This document shows positions 1 through 13,805 of a stretch of 64,000 bases of DNA, in pieces (position 1 is the first letter of the stretch; each line of letters starts with the position of its first letter). The position numbers and the translations under genes are program-made. The notes below the pieces were generated by a model. That model saw only the letters and a list, made by a program, of their open reading frames with translations, had not been told where the DNA came from and did no database searches. The stretch comes from Monocercomonoides exilis PA203 (lineage: Eukaryota; Protista; Preaxostyla): assembly GCA_001643675.2 (NCBI GenBank), contig LSRY02000005.1, forward strand, positions 992,001-1,056,000, given 5' to 3'.

Positions 1-3000
1 AAAAGATATGACATTATGAAATTGTTTGCCAGATGACAAGAAATAATGAACTTAGAAGTATGATAAAGAGAGAAAGTGAAAGAAAGTTAGAGTTTGAGAA
101 TTATGTACAATCTTTGGAATGTTATCATTTGAAAGATCAAAAGAAAGCATCGATGTTTGCGGTAATATCGCACTGATATTATCGCCAAAACCACGATGCA
201 ACAGAAACAAATCACTTTAACATTTCTGATAAGCAGAATGAAATTTCTGTTCTGACTTGGAATAGTTGGAGTAATTTAACAATCTTTTTATAATCTTGTC
301 ATCTTATTTTTTATTTAACTTTTTTTTTACAAGGATTCATTTATTTTGAACTTTCAAAAATTGTTAGTGATATGAAATTTGATGAATTTGAATTATTATT
401 CAAGAAATTTAGACTAAAAGATTATTTGTGAATCAGTTATGAGTTGACAATTATCGAAAAGAATTGCGTAATTATTTCAAAGAGTTCCATCCATTTGCAA
501 CCGTTGAATAGAGAAGAGGTTTGTTCGAGTTGAAGTGAATTGAAAGAATGCAAAATGATAGATATTTTATTGAATGAACTTGGTGTTGTTTGAAGCTGCG
601 TGTTTAATATGTTTGAGACTTAACTTAGTTTCAAGCAATAACACACACGCAAACAAAGAAAATGAAAGTTAAATGTCAGCTTTGCTTGGAGTTTTATGCT
701 ATACAAAATTGACAAAGTTCCTATCAAACATTGAATTATATATGTCAAAGAATTTTATATCTCTTCAACTTAATTAATTTTAATTATTTTGTTTTATTTT
801 TGTTGATTATTGATTCTATAGAGAGAAAAAGTGGATCGAGCATATAACACGAGAATAATTCCATGGATAAAATTTGAAAATCGAAATAAAAAAGGTATTT
901 TACATAGAGATGCGACTTTTTACAAGTTAAAGCAGAAATGAAAGTATTTGCTGATTGTAATGAAACAAATTTATTTTATTTAAATTTTCTGCGAAAAGAA
1001 ACGAAGGGAATCTAACGCCACAGATAGAATTAAAATAAAACTTATGCTTTATTTTGATTTGTGAAAGTGGCATAATGCAATCCTTCAATATTTTTCTCCT
1101 GAACTTTTCATTTTTTCATATTTTGCTTTAATCTACAAGAAGTTTAGTATTTATCATTATTGTTATTAATGTTGTATTTATTTCTATTATTTAGTATTCT
1201 TTTATATTGTATTCAGAATACATTTACCGTTCATCATTTATCCATTTGCAGTATTCTTGAATGTAAGTTACTTGAGAAGGATGAGATAGAGCATGTGCAA
1301 AATTCATTGCTGAAAGAAGCGCTCACAAAATTGTATGTTTAACCGGGAAAAAAAGAGAAAGAGAAAAAGAAAAGAAAATGATGCTCACTATATTTACCAT
1401 AAGCGCTTGTTAATCTGAGTAGAAAAAGAAGATATTTTTGATTTAATGATACTTGGAAAGAAAAGGAATCAATTGCGTTTTCACTTTGTGTCTTTCTTTT
1501 ATTTGATGAGAAAGGCGCCATTCAACCACGCAAAGAATAAAAATCAAAGCAACTGAAAGAAATGCAACAGAGGCAAAAAATAGAATTTGCATTGCAAATC
1601 TATTTTTGTGGTGAAGTTGTTCATTCCAGTTGCTGACATTTGATATCATTTATTTTGAATTTTAAATAGATTCTTTTATTAATCATTTGAATTACTCATT
1701 TAAAATTTTTTTTGTGTTTTACAGCTTTGCTTATTTTAAACAGGGAGCATTTCTTTCATTGCTGTTTCACAGGAAAAGAATGAAACAACAAAGCAGCTGA
1801 TACATGCACTCGTTATAATCAACAATTTTAATCGAACCATTTAGGTTATTTTACAGTATGACGGGGATTTATCAAAAGAGAATGAGCGATCAATGCACTT
1901 ATTACAATTCAATGCTTTGGTCAATGGGCCTTGGATTAAAATAGGTGCCAGAAGTATTTGCGGTTTTTAATTCTTCAGAATAGGATTATTTTAAAATCAT
2001 AATTGATTTTTAACAATTTTTCCGATGACCTCTGTTGACAGTCACTGCGAATATTTTTATTTTTTGTTTATCAAAACTGCTTGATTCTTATGGTTTTCAA
2101 CAGCTTTTAATTCATATATAATTTTCTGATTATTTATGCATTGAATTAATATTTTGATTTATTTTAATAGACAAATATTCATATTTACGTAGAATTTGAA
2201 CTGATTTCAAAAATTTGCTAACAAGAGCGAGAAATATTTCAAGGCATTGATCAACATCTAACATTCTTAAGAAGATAAGGAAAAGGTGTGTATGGAGAGA
2301 GGATGAAAGACAACAGCGTGAAATAAAGGCATTTCCTTGTGAACAGAACGAGGATTGTGCTACATCGACACGCTAAAAGCAGAAAAAGAAGATAAAAACA
2401 CGTTTGCATACCAACCGCTTTGCGGATTATTCGATGCAGGCGAAAATAATCGTTTCTGACATTTTATTTGTATTATTGTTTTTTGGAAAGATGAACTCTT
2501 TTATATTATTTTAAATATTATTATTTTGTTTATTTCTATTTAATTTATTGTGATTCCCAGGTTTATTTTTAGCAGAGTGTTTCAAGAGGAGCTGTTGGGT
2601 ACTTATTTTCGGAAACGTGCAACACAATCGGAAAAAGTTAATCTTGAAAGTCATTATCAGGCGAATCACAAGAGAAAAATGCATAATAATTAAGGTTTGT
2701 TATCGAAAAGGGATTTGAAAAAAGAATCGTGTAAAATAAACGAATGAGAAAAGATAAGCACACCTCGTTAGAGCCGTAACTGGGTTTAATAATGTTTCTG
2801 CTCCTCCATTTTGTGTGCAATAATAACGTATTAGATTCAAACAATTTGAGCAATAATCAAATATTGCAGTGAAAAATTGGAGAATTTTATTTTCTTTTAC
2901 AACAGCCTTATTGTTCAAAAAAATAAAAACATAACAAATTTTTAAAGCTTTTCTATTGAATGAGAATTTGAAATTTATTTTTTTTTGAATATATTTTTTT

Positions 3001-3700
3001 GCTTTATTCATCTTTATCTTTTTCTGCATGTTTTTTTTCCTTCAGAATCAACGAAATCATTGAGCGAAGTTGTGGAGCTTCAACTGATAATGTGAATGGA
3101 TTGAAAACGGACAAATAGATATTTCCTTCAAAATAAAAATTTATTCATGCAATTTAAATAATATCAGAGAAAAAGAGGCATAATGAATGAATTGAGAAAA
3201 AAAATAACAGAAGAAGGTTTGCAAGTTTCCGAAAGAAAGTGAATGAAAGAAAGGAATATGAACAATTCAATGCGTGAATTTATAGTCTTTTGAGGATTGC
3301 TTCAATGAGAATAGACCTTTCCATGCACGCAAAGAAAGAAGAGATGTGGTCTTTATTGGCGATTCAAAATGAACCATTCTCAACTCACACCTCGATATTT
3401 ATTAGAAGTAGTTTTTAAGTATTTTTTAGAGCTTTTCCAGTTTTTATTTTTCTAAACATTTATTTTTTCACATTCATTTTTTCATTTTAATTTACCGTTT
3501 GATAAACTCTTTCATTACTCAATTTTTAATATTAGGTGAATAGCCTTATCATATTGATAGATTCCGCTTTCGATGCAATGAAGACTTTGAAGACAGAGGC
3601 CAATAAATTCATATTTTTGAGAAAGGTTTGCAAAGATCGAGAAGAGAAAGTTCAAATGAACAAACAAATTTTTATTTTATATGAAGGAAGGAATGCATTT
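1..3700 (+). pseudogene. Probable decayed multi-exon gene or mobile-element relic
   Basis: Purine-rich exon-like blocks bounded by AG/GT and T-rich intron-like tracts (about 333-518, 821-940, 1217-1332, 1724-1955, 2561-2735). They translate to protein-like pieces (GFIYFELSKIVSDMKFDEFELLF; GLCYIDTLKAEKEDKNTFAYQPLCGLFDAGENN) broken by in-frame stops and frameshifts. No clean gene model; boundaries approximate. Confidence 0.3.
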
Positions 3701-4505
3701 TCGGTAGTGTTTATGCTTACTAATGTGTAAATACCTTATAAAATGCAAAGAATACTGTGACACAACTGAGCCATTTATTTCAATAACATTAAAGATAACA
3801 TGGCATTATGATGTCACTACATGTCTTTAGTCATTATTTTTGAATGAATACTTTTTTCTTTTCTTTTCTTTTCTTCTTTCTTTCTTTTGTTTTTTAAATA
3901 TTATTAATTTTGTCGAATTTTGTACAGAAATTCTTTTAGATATTTTAAAGTTTTTCTTGATGAAGAATTATAACGCAATGAACAAATAGACAAAGGCAAA
4001 ATGATTACAATTGATGCCACTGTGCAATTTTCGAAGCTTTCAATGCTTTTTTTCTCAGATAATTTGTAGAATATAAATCTGTGATTTGCAACAAATGGTG
4101 AATTGATTATTAGTCAAAACTTCTGCTGTTTATAAAAGAGAGCTTTGTATTTTGCACTTGTTTCGAACAAGGCTAATTAATAAAGTTGGAATACGAAAAA
4201 TTCATTTTAATTTGTGCAATCTATATTTTAAGCTTTGAAATTTGTTAATCATGCTTTATTTTTCATTTTCCCTGTGAAAAATATGAACAAATAATTTTAT
4301 AAGTGTATTTTTTTCAGAAATTCAATTATTTTATAATTATAAACGATTTTCTTTGCTTTGCGCAAGTCAAAACAAATGCCACATTTATCATATAGATTCA
4401 AATGAAGAAATGGTTTTATAAACTGGATTAAATGACTTTTTTTGTTTGGAATGTGAAAGTCAAAAATTCAACTGAAGAATAATACCCATAATAAAAATTT
4501 CTGAA

Positions 4506-5870
4506 ATGGAATTTGAAACACTTGACTTTTCTGATCCTTTGTTTCCCGAAGAAGATCATGGGCGCAAGCAAGCCAACGAAAAAATACAAGAAATACGGAA
4601 AATGCCTCTTTTGAAGGTGATGAAACAACTTACTAAAGACAATCCGACAAAATCATCCAAAATGGCTTCAAAGCTTAAAACTAAAGTCTCAAAAGCTGAA
4701 AAGGGAGTAAACGAAGATGGAAAAGAGAGAGAAGAGTTGGATTTTGGAATGGGAGAAGAAGGCAGGGGAGTGTTGTCAGGATTGGAATTTAACCAGCCCG
4801 AAGACTATATCGAGAAAACAACAACGCTCATTCCAGACTCGAAGATAGCTTCCAATACAACTGTAAAAATTATTGATGGAGAGATTGTCGTGGAAATTGA
4901 AGAAGGAGAAGATGATGGAGAAGACGGTGGGGCTTGGGCAAGAGGAATCGAACACAAAACTGAAGAAAGCGAGGCAAAATTACGACATGTGACAGCAGCA
5001 ACGTGGGGCCATCGTGAAACCACAGAGAGGTGGCGTTCCGACGAACTTGCAAAGTTGTATGATGCACTGAGATTGTACGGTTTGTCGTGGGAGCAGATTA
5101 GTTCTGCCATCCCCAACCGATCAATTTCTCAGATCAAAAGACGATTTAATTATGAATCAAGAATCAATAAGAGCAAAGTGGATGCTGCACTTTCATGTAT
5201 GCATTTTCTTTATTCTCCAGTTCCTTCCTTTTTAAGAAACTAATTTTTTTGTTGGTTTTTTATTTCTCATTCTTTTTGCAATTAATCTCTCTCTCTTTTT
5301 TAATTTGTTGGAAAATATCCACGAATTGAAATGAATTTATTAATTTATTATTTGCTCCCACTTAAAGATAATTTGACGCAAGCAGAACAAGGAAATACGT
5401 TAGAACATTTGAAGCTGATGCTGGAAAAAATTAGGAAAGAAAAAGCAGAAAAACAAGCAATTGTGGACGCAGCAACAAAGGATGAAGAAAAAGAAAAAAA
5501 TAGTAACATGTCTAATGAAGAGAAGATTAGTGATGATAACGAGGAATTTAAAGAAATTGAAGAGAGAGAATCAAAAAGAATTGAACAAAACGAAAAAGAA
5601 CATTCAGGAGGAGAAGAACCAAAAAGGAAAATTAGGATTATTCCGGAAAATGAAGAAGATGAAGATGACAATGAAGAAGAAGAAAATGATGGAGAAATGA
5701 AAAAAGTGAAACAAAAAAGAATAGGGTCAAAGATAGAGGTTATGAAAGATGATATCGAAGATGAGAAGAAGCCTAGTTCTTCAGGCGTGAAGAGCGAAGA
5801 AACAAAAGATGAATTAGGAATTTTTGGAGGTTGGGGAGATGATATGGGAGACGTAGAATTTTTTTTCTGA
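4506..5870 (+). CDS. BDP1: TFIIIB subunit B''/Bdp1-like SANT (Myb-like) protein
   Basis: Exons 4506-5196 and 5368-5870 (GT..AG intron, frame preserved). WRSDELAKLYDALRLYGLSWEQISSAIPNRSISQIKRRFNYESRINKSKVDAAL fits the Bdp1 SANT pattern (W..E...FY.AL...G..F..I....P.R.R.QIK.KF..E...N...ID.AL), followed by an acidic low-complexity tail. Confidence 0.75.
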
Positions 5871-5874
5871 AGTT

Positions 5875-8800
5875 ATGGACAAAGAACTGGAGTTGTGTAA
5901 CAAGCAAGTGTGATGCTATTGATAATTATAACGTATTTACTTTGGAACACATGTATATGATTTCTGTATTTCGTTGATCGCGTTTTTTTGTTTATTTTTA
6001 ATATTCAATTTTTTAATTGCCAATGCTTGCAATTGTATTGGTGATTAAGATCAGCGTAAACCCTATGAATGAAAAGGCCCTTTATCATCGTGCGCAAGCA
6101 CTTTTTGGGCGTAGACAGTTCAGCGCTTGCTCTGAAGATGCAAAAAGATTGGAGGCGATCTCTCCAACTTCCAGCAAATATGTATTGTTGGAAGCACGAT
6201 CTTTGGAAGCTATGGGGAACAAGGAAGGGGTGTGTAATATTTTAGTACAACCTTCCTTGTTGGCAATATTTATTATTTTAAATTTATTTTTGAAATTTTA
6301 TGTAACCAAAAATGAATAAAAAAAATGAAATAAAAAATAAAAATGAAAAATTCAAATATATGAAATATCGTGTGCGCAATTAGGCCCTTGAGGCATATCG
6401 TCGTGCATGTTTTATTGGACCCGATGACAGGACAGCACAACTTACAGGAGGAGCGTTTATGGCTGCAGCAGGTCTTGATGAAGAAGCTCTGGAACATGTA
6501 CAGCGAGGCCTAGCACTAGATGAAGATTCTCAGCCTTGCGGTTTTGTAAGCGAGGAGGATACAGAATTTTTTGTTTGCAAAGGTTTGCGTTAAAAGAGCT
6601 TATGCAATCTGATTTTCTTTTTACCCGAATAAATTTTCTGCTATACGCATTTTACAACATGAAAATATTACGTGGAATGAATAGATCTTGGACGATTTGT
6701 GAAGCAGTCAAAGCATGCAAAAAAGATTGAGGAAATGTGTGAATTTATTATTTTGCTGACTTCTTGGGAATATATCCAAAAACCGCTTCCTTTAAATGCT
6801 TTAATTTTTCTTTGTGATATTGATTCAATTGAATTTTCGTTTGTTCTTATTGATAGGAAAGAGGAACTTGAAGAACAAATTAGACAAATGGCACGCTCAG
6901 CAATTTCTGCTTCGACTGCATCCTCGTGTGCAGTATTGGAACGCAAAGAAAAAGATATAAAACAAGAAGAGAAGGAATGACTTCCTAAAAGCGTCAGGGA
7001 ACATTGATAGAACAAATCAATTCTTCTTGGCCCATTGTAAAATATTTGAAATTTTTTTTTCTCAATGAGCATCATGGAACAGAGAACTGGACTTTGCGCA
7101 ATAAGAGTGGAACGTATGAATAAATGGATTAGAAGAACTCTCGAGGGATGGGAATTGCGACGTGTTCTGAAGGAAGAGCTTACAAAACCAAGTAAAACAA
7201 TTGAGGATATTGAGCGTTTTCTCCAGAGATTTTTTCTGACAAATCCAGCAGCTACAGCGCTACGAAACAAATTATTTTTGAAAGAAGATCATCTGGTTCA
7301 AACGCTATTGTATGAATAGTTTTTTTCTTTATTTTGAAAATTTTTTAAAAAATGCTAATAATAATGTTACAATTCGATTTTGCACATTCAACCCACACAA
7401 AACACCAATTATGCTATAACTTGTTAATTATATCAAATTGAAAATAAATATGAAAAATTCAATGGGGAAAATATTTGAAAATTTCATGATCCATTTCAAT
7501 ACTTTTCTTTGGAAACTTTACAACTTTTAGGATGCAAAACAGGATATTTGAAAGTTCATGCGCAAAGGTTCTTTGGGAATCAAGAGCGTTACTAAAGAAT
7601 GGTGACCGTAGCAGAAGTTCTTTACATCCTGTTCAGGTTTTAGATCTCAGAAAAATCGAATGCAAAGCTCAACTTTGCTCAGACATTTGTGTCGTTCATA
7701 AAAAGAACATCGAACATGAATCGGCAATGGAACTATGCGTTAGAGGGTCAAATGGAACGGATATTAATCAAAAACAAAAGAAAGATTTTGGAGCAGTTGT
7801 TCTTTTAGCGGAATGGCTAAAGAAAAGTCATAAAAAAAGAAAAAAGAAAATATTTTTTAAAGAAGCTCTTCCATTCTTTGAATCTGTCCAATCGTTTGCT
7901 GAAATAACTTGACTTTGAAACTTTCTAATTACTTTTCATTCATTTCCCTCAAACAAATGGCAATGTTTTTTAATCTTTGTGAAAGAACAGTCTATTTACA
8001 CGACGATGCATGATGACGCTGAGCTCATTATCAGTGGAGCTGAGGCATGCAGCATGCAAAGCAGGGCCAGTTAATTATGGAACTACGATTTTGGGGGTAA
8101 CTGGTTCATCAAGAGGCAGCTCAGGCTCCAGTAGCTCTTTGGTGTCGCTGTTCCTCTCCTTCCCGCCTGTGCAGTATGTCCCCCGGGCTGTACCATACGC
8201 GTCCACTGCGCAATCTTCTCCGCTGATTGGAACTGGGGGTCATTTGTACTCATCATTTGGATCAGGAAGTGCAGGAAAAGGTGTTGCGCTGTCTCAAAAA
8301 CCAGGTGCTGTGCGGTTTGGATGTGCTGGCCAGGAGCGTGTGTTTGATGTGGTGGATCTGTGGAATGCAATACAGTCAATTGTCAGCCCTAATTATGAAA
8401 AGTGTGCAATGATGTTTGAAATGGATTTTGTTTTGATAACTGAAATTGAAATAGAAATTTATGCTTTTTTGATTGAATGTTTTTTAAAGTTCTACAATTT
8501 TTTGCTTTGCTCCGTCAAACTGTTTTTTTATGTGGACTGTTGAAAATATTGATATATTAATTCATAGAAATAATTTTGTGAATACTTTAATGAGAGCTTT
8601 ATTGTTATCATTTTTTTTCGAAAGAAAATATTTGTGACATGACTGTGTTTTTATCATTTTTTTAATATTTGAATGATATGTTCATTTTGAATGAACTTTT
8701 GACTTTCAAGGCCAAAGGATAGCGGATCTTGCTTGCATTTTCGTTTGTCCGTGCCATCGTTGGCGGTGTTGAGGTCGCAGCTGTTAGACCTCGACCCTCA

Positions 8801-11318
8801 TGCAATGCACATCGGAGTGGATGACTTAACAGATTGCTCGTTTGCACAGGAGATGGCTCAGGTTTCAGGGAAAATTGTGAGATTAAAGTTTATTCCGCTG
8901 GTATGTTTGAGTCTTAGCGAATGAAAAATAAAGACGATGCAATTGAAACAGGGATATTTGGTGTTTGGAATAAATAGAGAGAATTCTTTGAAATTATTTA
9001 TCGATGATAGCGAAAGTTTTGTGTTTTTTTGAGAGAAATCTTTTCTTTTTTATTGGAATGACCAAGAACGAGCCTTTTATTTGGTTTCTTTTTTGTTGAG
9101 ATTGATGATTGAGCATATTAACATTTTCAATATTTATAAACCTTTTTTTAAATAATAACTTTTTTTTTCACACACAATGTGATTTTGACAGCTGAGACAG
9201 GTTGCAAAGCGAGGCTGCAGCCCGTCAGGAAGATGTGCTGTGTGGAAAGGGATTTTGGATGACAGAGGAAATGGGGTGTGTGTGATAACTGTTTGAGAAA
9301 TGAGCAGATTTGCTTTTTTTTTATGCTTTGAATATGATCAAAGATTGCTGAGTTAACAATATATATATATATTTTCGTTTCATAGTTTTATCTTTTGTTG
9401 TTGAATAATATCTTTTATTTTTTATATGACCTAACTGTTTTTATTCATTTTTGATTTAATTTATTTCGTAAAAAAAAAAATAACAGGAGAAGGCATTTGG
9501 GGTGATTGGAGAGAGCAGAAAGAAATGGACGCTGCTTGTTGATAGGCTTGCTGAAAGAGACGTTGGCTATTCGACTTGTGATGAACACTACTTCTTGTTT
9601 GAAAACGAAACATTTGAGATTGTCTCGGTATGTGTCAATAGGAATGAGCTAACTCTATTTGGATTGAGTGAACTGTGGGAGCAATATTTGTGTTTTCTCA
9701 TGCTTATATTCTTTTTTTGGTTTTTCTTTATGAACAATTTTAATATTTGCAATTATTAAGGTTAAGTCATCTTCATTTTACCTTATATTATTATTCAATG
9801 ATATATATTTATATATTTTTTTGTTTATTTTGCTAATGATCTATTGGAATTGCACTTTCTCATTTGATGAAAGACATTACTTCGCGACAAGACAGTAGCA
9901 GAATACGTTCATTCAGAAACTTTGGGAGAAGAAGGGAAAACTGGCGAGAAAGGGAATTGTGTGCTAACGATTTTATTTCAAAGAAAATGAAGTTATATTT
10001 GTTCTTCTTTGGGAATTATTGACTTTTTGTTGTTTGCAACTGAAAAATATGACGGTTGGGGTACAGACAAAACTGCTTCAGTTGAAATGTTCAGCCCATC
10101 TGGTGTGATTCCTTTTGTGGGAATTTCATTGCTCGCTGCCCCGTTGTTCTTTGTGACGAAGCAGAAGCACACTGCTTACGGACTGTTTCGGGGAATGTAC
10201 ACGAGGTGTGCTTTCAAGCAAGAAAAGATCAAATCATATCTAATGAAAACCAGAAAAATTGATAAATGTTAATGAATATGAAATTATTTGTGTTGTTTCA
10301 ATTGGAAACTTGATTCAATTTATAAGTTATTTTTAATTTTCTTTTAAAAAATTTGTTAATTTTGCGTTTTAAACCATTCATTGCATTCCATTCCCGTTTT
10401 CTATTTGTTTGATTTTAAACTTTTTAACCAGATATTGGTGGAAACTGAGCAGTCTTTCATCTCAACCTGAATGCTTAGCTTCATTGTGCTGTGCATTTGA
10501 AGAGTTTGCTCAAAAAATGGATGTATGTCTCTTTTTAACTTTGCAATTGTATTTTTCAATGATTCCATCATTTTCTGATATGCATTGAAATGTTCTGTCT
10601 TATCGGATGATTTTTGCTTGTTTTGTTATTTTTCCTGCTGATTGATTGGTAACAAAAAACAATGATACTCATCATTTCATCAGGCTGCTGCATATAACCA
10701 CTGCGTGAGGCTGGGAGTGCCTCCTCTTCTGATAGCGTTCCGATGGATGTGCACGGCATTTGCGGGATATCTGCATCCGCTGCAGGTTCTTTTACTGTGG
10801 GACAGAGTTATCTCATTTGACACGCTGATTATGTTGCCTCTACTCGCCGCAGCCATATTTGCATTTAGAAGCAGTAATGTTCTTGCTGCTCGTACACCTG
10901 AAGATATCAATGTATGAAGAGTGAGAGAGAAAGAGAGAAAGAGAGAAAGAGAGAAAGAGAAAGAAAAAGAAAAAGAAAAAGAAAACGAAAATCAGAGAAC
11001 GGAAACGGATTTGAATTTTCTGTGGAATGATTGTTGCATTCCACACACATTAAAATTTGAATACGAAAATAAAAAATATATTATTGTTGAATATTATTAT
11101 TCAATTGCACGATATAAATTGAAGTGAATTTGTTCTTTTTATTTATTTATCTTCTTTTCTCCTTGAATTTTCTTATTAATAATCTTTATTTATTTATTTT
11201 ATTATTTTAATTTGTATGATATCTGATATTATCTATCAATCTACAGAATATCTTTGTTACAATCACGAACATTGAAATTGTGCCTTTGCTTCAATTTTAC
11301 TTGTTTTCCACTGATTGA
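5875..11318 (+). CDS. TBC1D19: TBC1D19-like Rab-GAP/TBC-domain protein with N-terminal TPR repeats (multi-exon)
   Basis: 5' exons encode TPR-like helices (NPMNEKALYHRAQALFGRRQFSAC; ALEAYRRACFIGPDD; EEALEHVQRGLALDED). Later exons match TBC1D19 motifs: LLVDRLAERDV..CDEHYFLFE (9500s), SPSGVIPFVGISLLAAPL (10090s), IAFRWMCTAFAGYL..QVLLLWDRVISFDTL.MLPLLAAAIFAFR (10730-10870). Last exon IEIVPLLQFYLFSTD ends at TGA 11316-11318. Start codon and some exon joins are inferred. Confidence 0.75.
10920..10985 (+). repeat. (GAGAAA)/(GAAAAA)n purine microsatellite inside the last intron of the TBC gene
   Basis: Directly visible hexamer run. Confidence 0.85.
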
Positions 11319-12265
11319 AAGGACAAAAAAGAAAAGATGTTCACCCCATTCCAGTAATCAGAAATGTATTAAAATACACATGCCATTTCTTATGTGTGAT
11401 TGTTTACTACAAATCAAAGTTGAGAAAGGCTTTTGCAATTTGTCTAAATGATTCAATCCTTCACCATTCAGAATCGGAAAATCAACTTTTATTTTGGTAT
11501 CTGCATACAATTTTCGATTGTTCTCAATTTACTGTGCATTTGCTGCTAAAAATGTTATCATTAAATAAGATGTTGCAAGGAGATTGCTCGATTCAGGAAG
11601 ATAATTCATTCCCAATTAAAACGATACTCAAAAAAGGAGGAATTCATTTTTGACTTTACAAAAGATCAACCACGAAATATGTTGATGCATCTAAATATTT
11701 TCTTTGTACTTCATAATTATTTCTCGAGCACCAAAAAATGATTATTATATAATTATTAACTAAAATATGAATTTCAGCTGAGCAATTCTTTTTTGAAGAT
11801 TAAACATTTTCAAAACAGTTTGAATCATTTTTATTGTTGATGGAATCATATTAACGAGTACAATAATCTTTTATTCAATTAAATAACATTTATTCAAATG
11901 AAAAATATATATAGAAACATGTTTGATTGCTGATAAAAACTCTTGTGAATTCTGTTGGCCGAAGAAAATTTTTCCAATATTCTTATTCAATGAATATTGA
12001 ATTTTTGAAAATAATTGTTCATGATTGTTATTTTGCATATTCAAAAAAGAAGCATTTGAAGAATCATTCACATCAGTTGGTTTTCTAATAAGCAGATTTA
12101 TATAAAAAAATTGATGAAAACTATTTATGTTTGAAACAGAGAACTGAGATATTTTCATTATGCTTTAGATCAATCCCAATGTTATTCGGACTTGTGTTAT
12201 AATTTATGGTTCCCGTTTTACAGATCAATTAAGTTCTTGAATTTCAAGATTAATTGAAAACTAAA

Positions 12266-13306
12266 ATGTCCACATCACCTACACGCGCTGCAGTTGCAGC
12301 TAGATCTACGTCCATTTTCAGTCCTTCAGCCGGAAGTCCACTTTCTTCATCAACAAGAATTGGAAAGAAACCAGAATCAAAAAAGCCAACTAAGCCTCCG
12401 TCAGCTCAATCTATGACTCCAAGAGACCCTGGCCCAACAGAATTTAGAAGATTTTATGATCGAGGAGATCTTCCAATCGCATTAGAGCATAGAGCTGGCG
12501 AGAATTGCATTCATTGGAAATATGCTCCTGAAGAACTTGATTATCACCACTTTTTGCCCATATTTTTTGAAGGGCTACGTGAAACAATTGAGCCTTATCA
12601 GCTTCTTGCAAAGCAAGGTGTATATGATATGCTCACAAAAGGAGGTTCAAAAATTTTACCAGTGATTCCTCAGCTGATTTTACCGATAAAAAGTTTGATA
12701 TTCGAAGCGTTTCTTGCGTTTCTTCAATGAATATGTATTTTTATTAATATTTTTTAATTAATGTTTTCAGAAGCATTAAATACTAGAATGCCTGAGATTA
12801 TTTCGAAGACTTTGCTTGTTCTCCAAAAACTTGTTTTATCTGGGGAGATGATTGGAGGCATCTATTTTTTATATTATTAATTCGTCATTAGTTATTTGTT
12901 ATTTCGATTTGTTTTCTCTTTTATTTAGAAACGCTTGTTCCGTATTATCGTCAGATATTGCCAATTTTTAATCTTTTTAAAAGTTCTAATGGTTTGATAA
13001 GAATTTTAATAACAAAATTTTCACAACTGTATTGTTAAATTTACGAATTTACAGTTAATATTGGTGATTTAATGGAATACAGCCAAAGAAAAAGAATGAA
13101 TCTTGGTGATTTGATACAGGAAACACTCGAACTTTTTGAAATTTATGGAGGTTTGCTGAAGACATTCAAAATGCATTTCCTCAAATCTAATGGTGAATAT
13201 TTTGATATTGATTTGCTCTTTTTATTAATTGTGTTTATTAGGTCGAGACGCTTTTATTAACATTAAATACATGGTACCGACTTATGAAAGTGTTGTATCA
13301 TCTTAA
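12266..13306 (+). CDS. PACRG: Parkin co-regulated gene protein (axonemal inner-junction protein)
   Basis: Exons 12266-12692, 12771-12857, 12929-12991, 13055-13150, 13242-13306 join in frame. Hallmark motifs: [79 protein letters not shown]. Confidence 0.95.
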
Positions 13307-13805
13307 TTCCAAGACATTGTAGCTCATCTGCATTTCTAATCTATTATACTGTTTAATTCGAATCCTTAAGCTTTTGACTTGTACTTTAACTTTTTTAATA
13401 AATCACTTTCTTTTCTTTTCTATCTTGATTATGAAAAAATAATCATTCACCTCACCAACTCATAAAAAAGTTATCATTTATTTTTTTCAATGTACGTAAT
13501 TTCTCGTTTCTCTTATCACAATTCAAGCACTTTGATCCTTCTTACACATTGATGGAGATGTGTTTCATCAAAATTATTAACGAGCAATAATCATTTTTTC
13601 AAAAGTATTTTTATCATTTCAGTCTTTTATTTTAAATCGTGAAATGAAAATTTCTTACGACTGAACTCAATGGCGATAGAATTTTTCAATGTTTTATTGT
13701 GCCAGAAAAAAAAATGGGTATTCAGGAAAATGGATTCTGTTTTTCAGATTTTTCTTGCGACTTTTCGCTTGAAAAGTGCTATCACTCTTTTTATAATTAG
13801 ATATT

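Noticed and set aside
880-915. KKGILHRD kinase-like motif
   Set aside because: No following xKPxN or other kinase subdomains; likely coincidence.
11315-12200. ORFs 11315-11653 (+) and 11871-12158 (-)
   Set aside because: AT-rich, no recognisable domain or convincing splice structure; likely UTR/intergenic.
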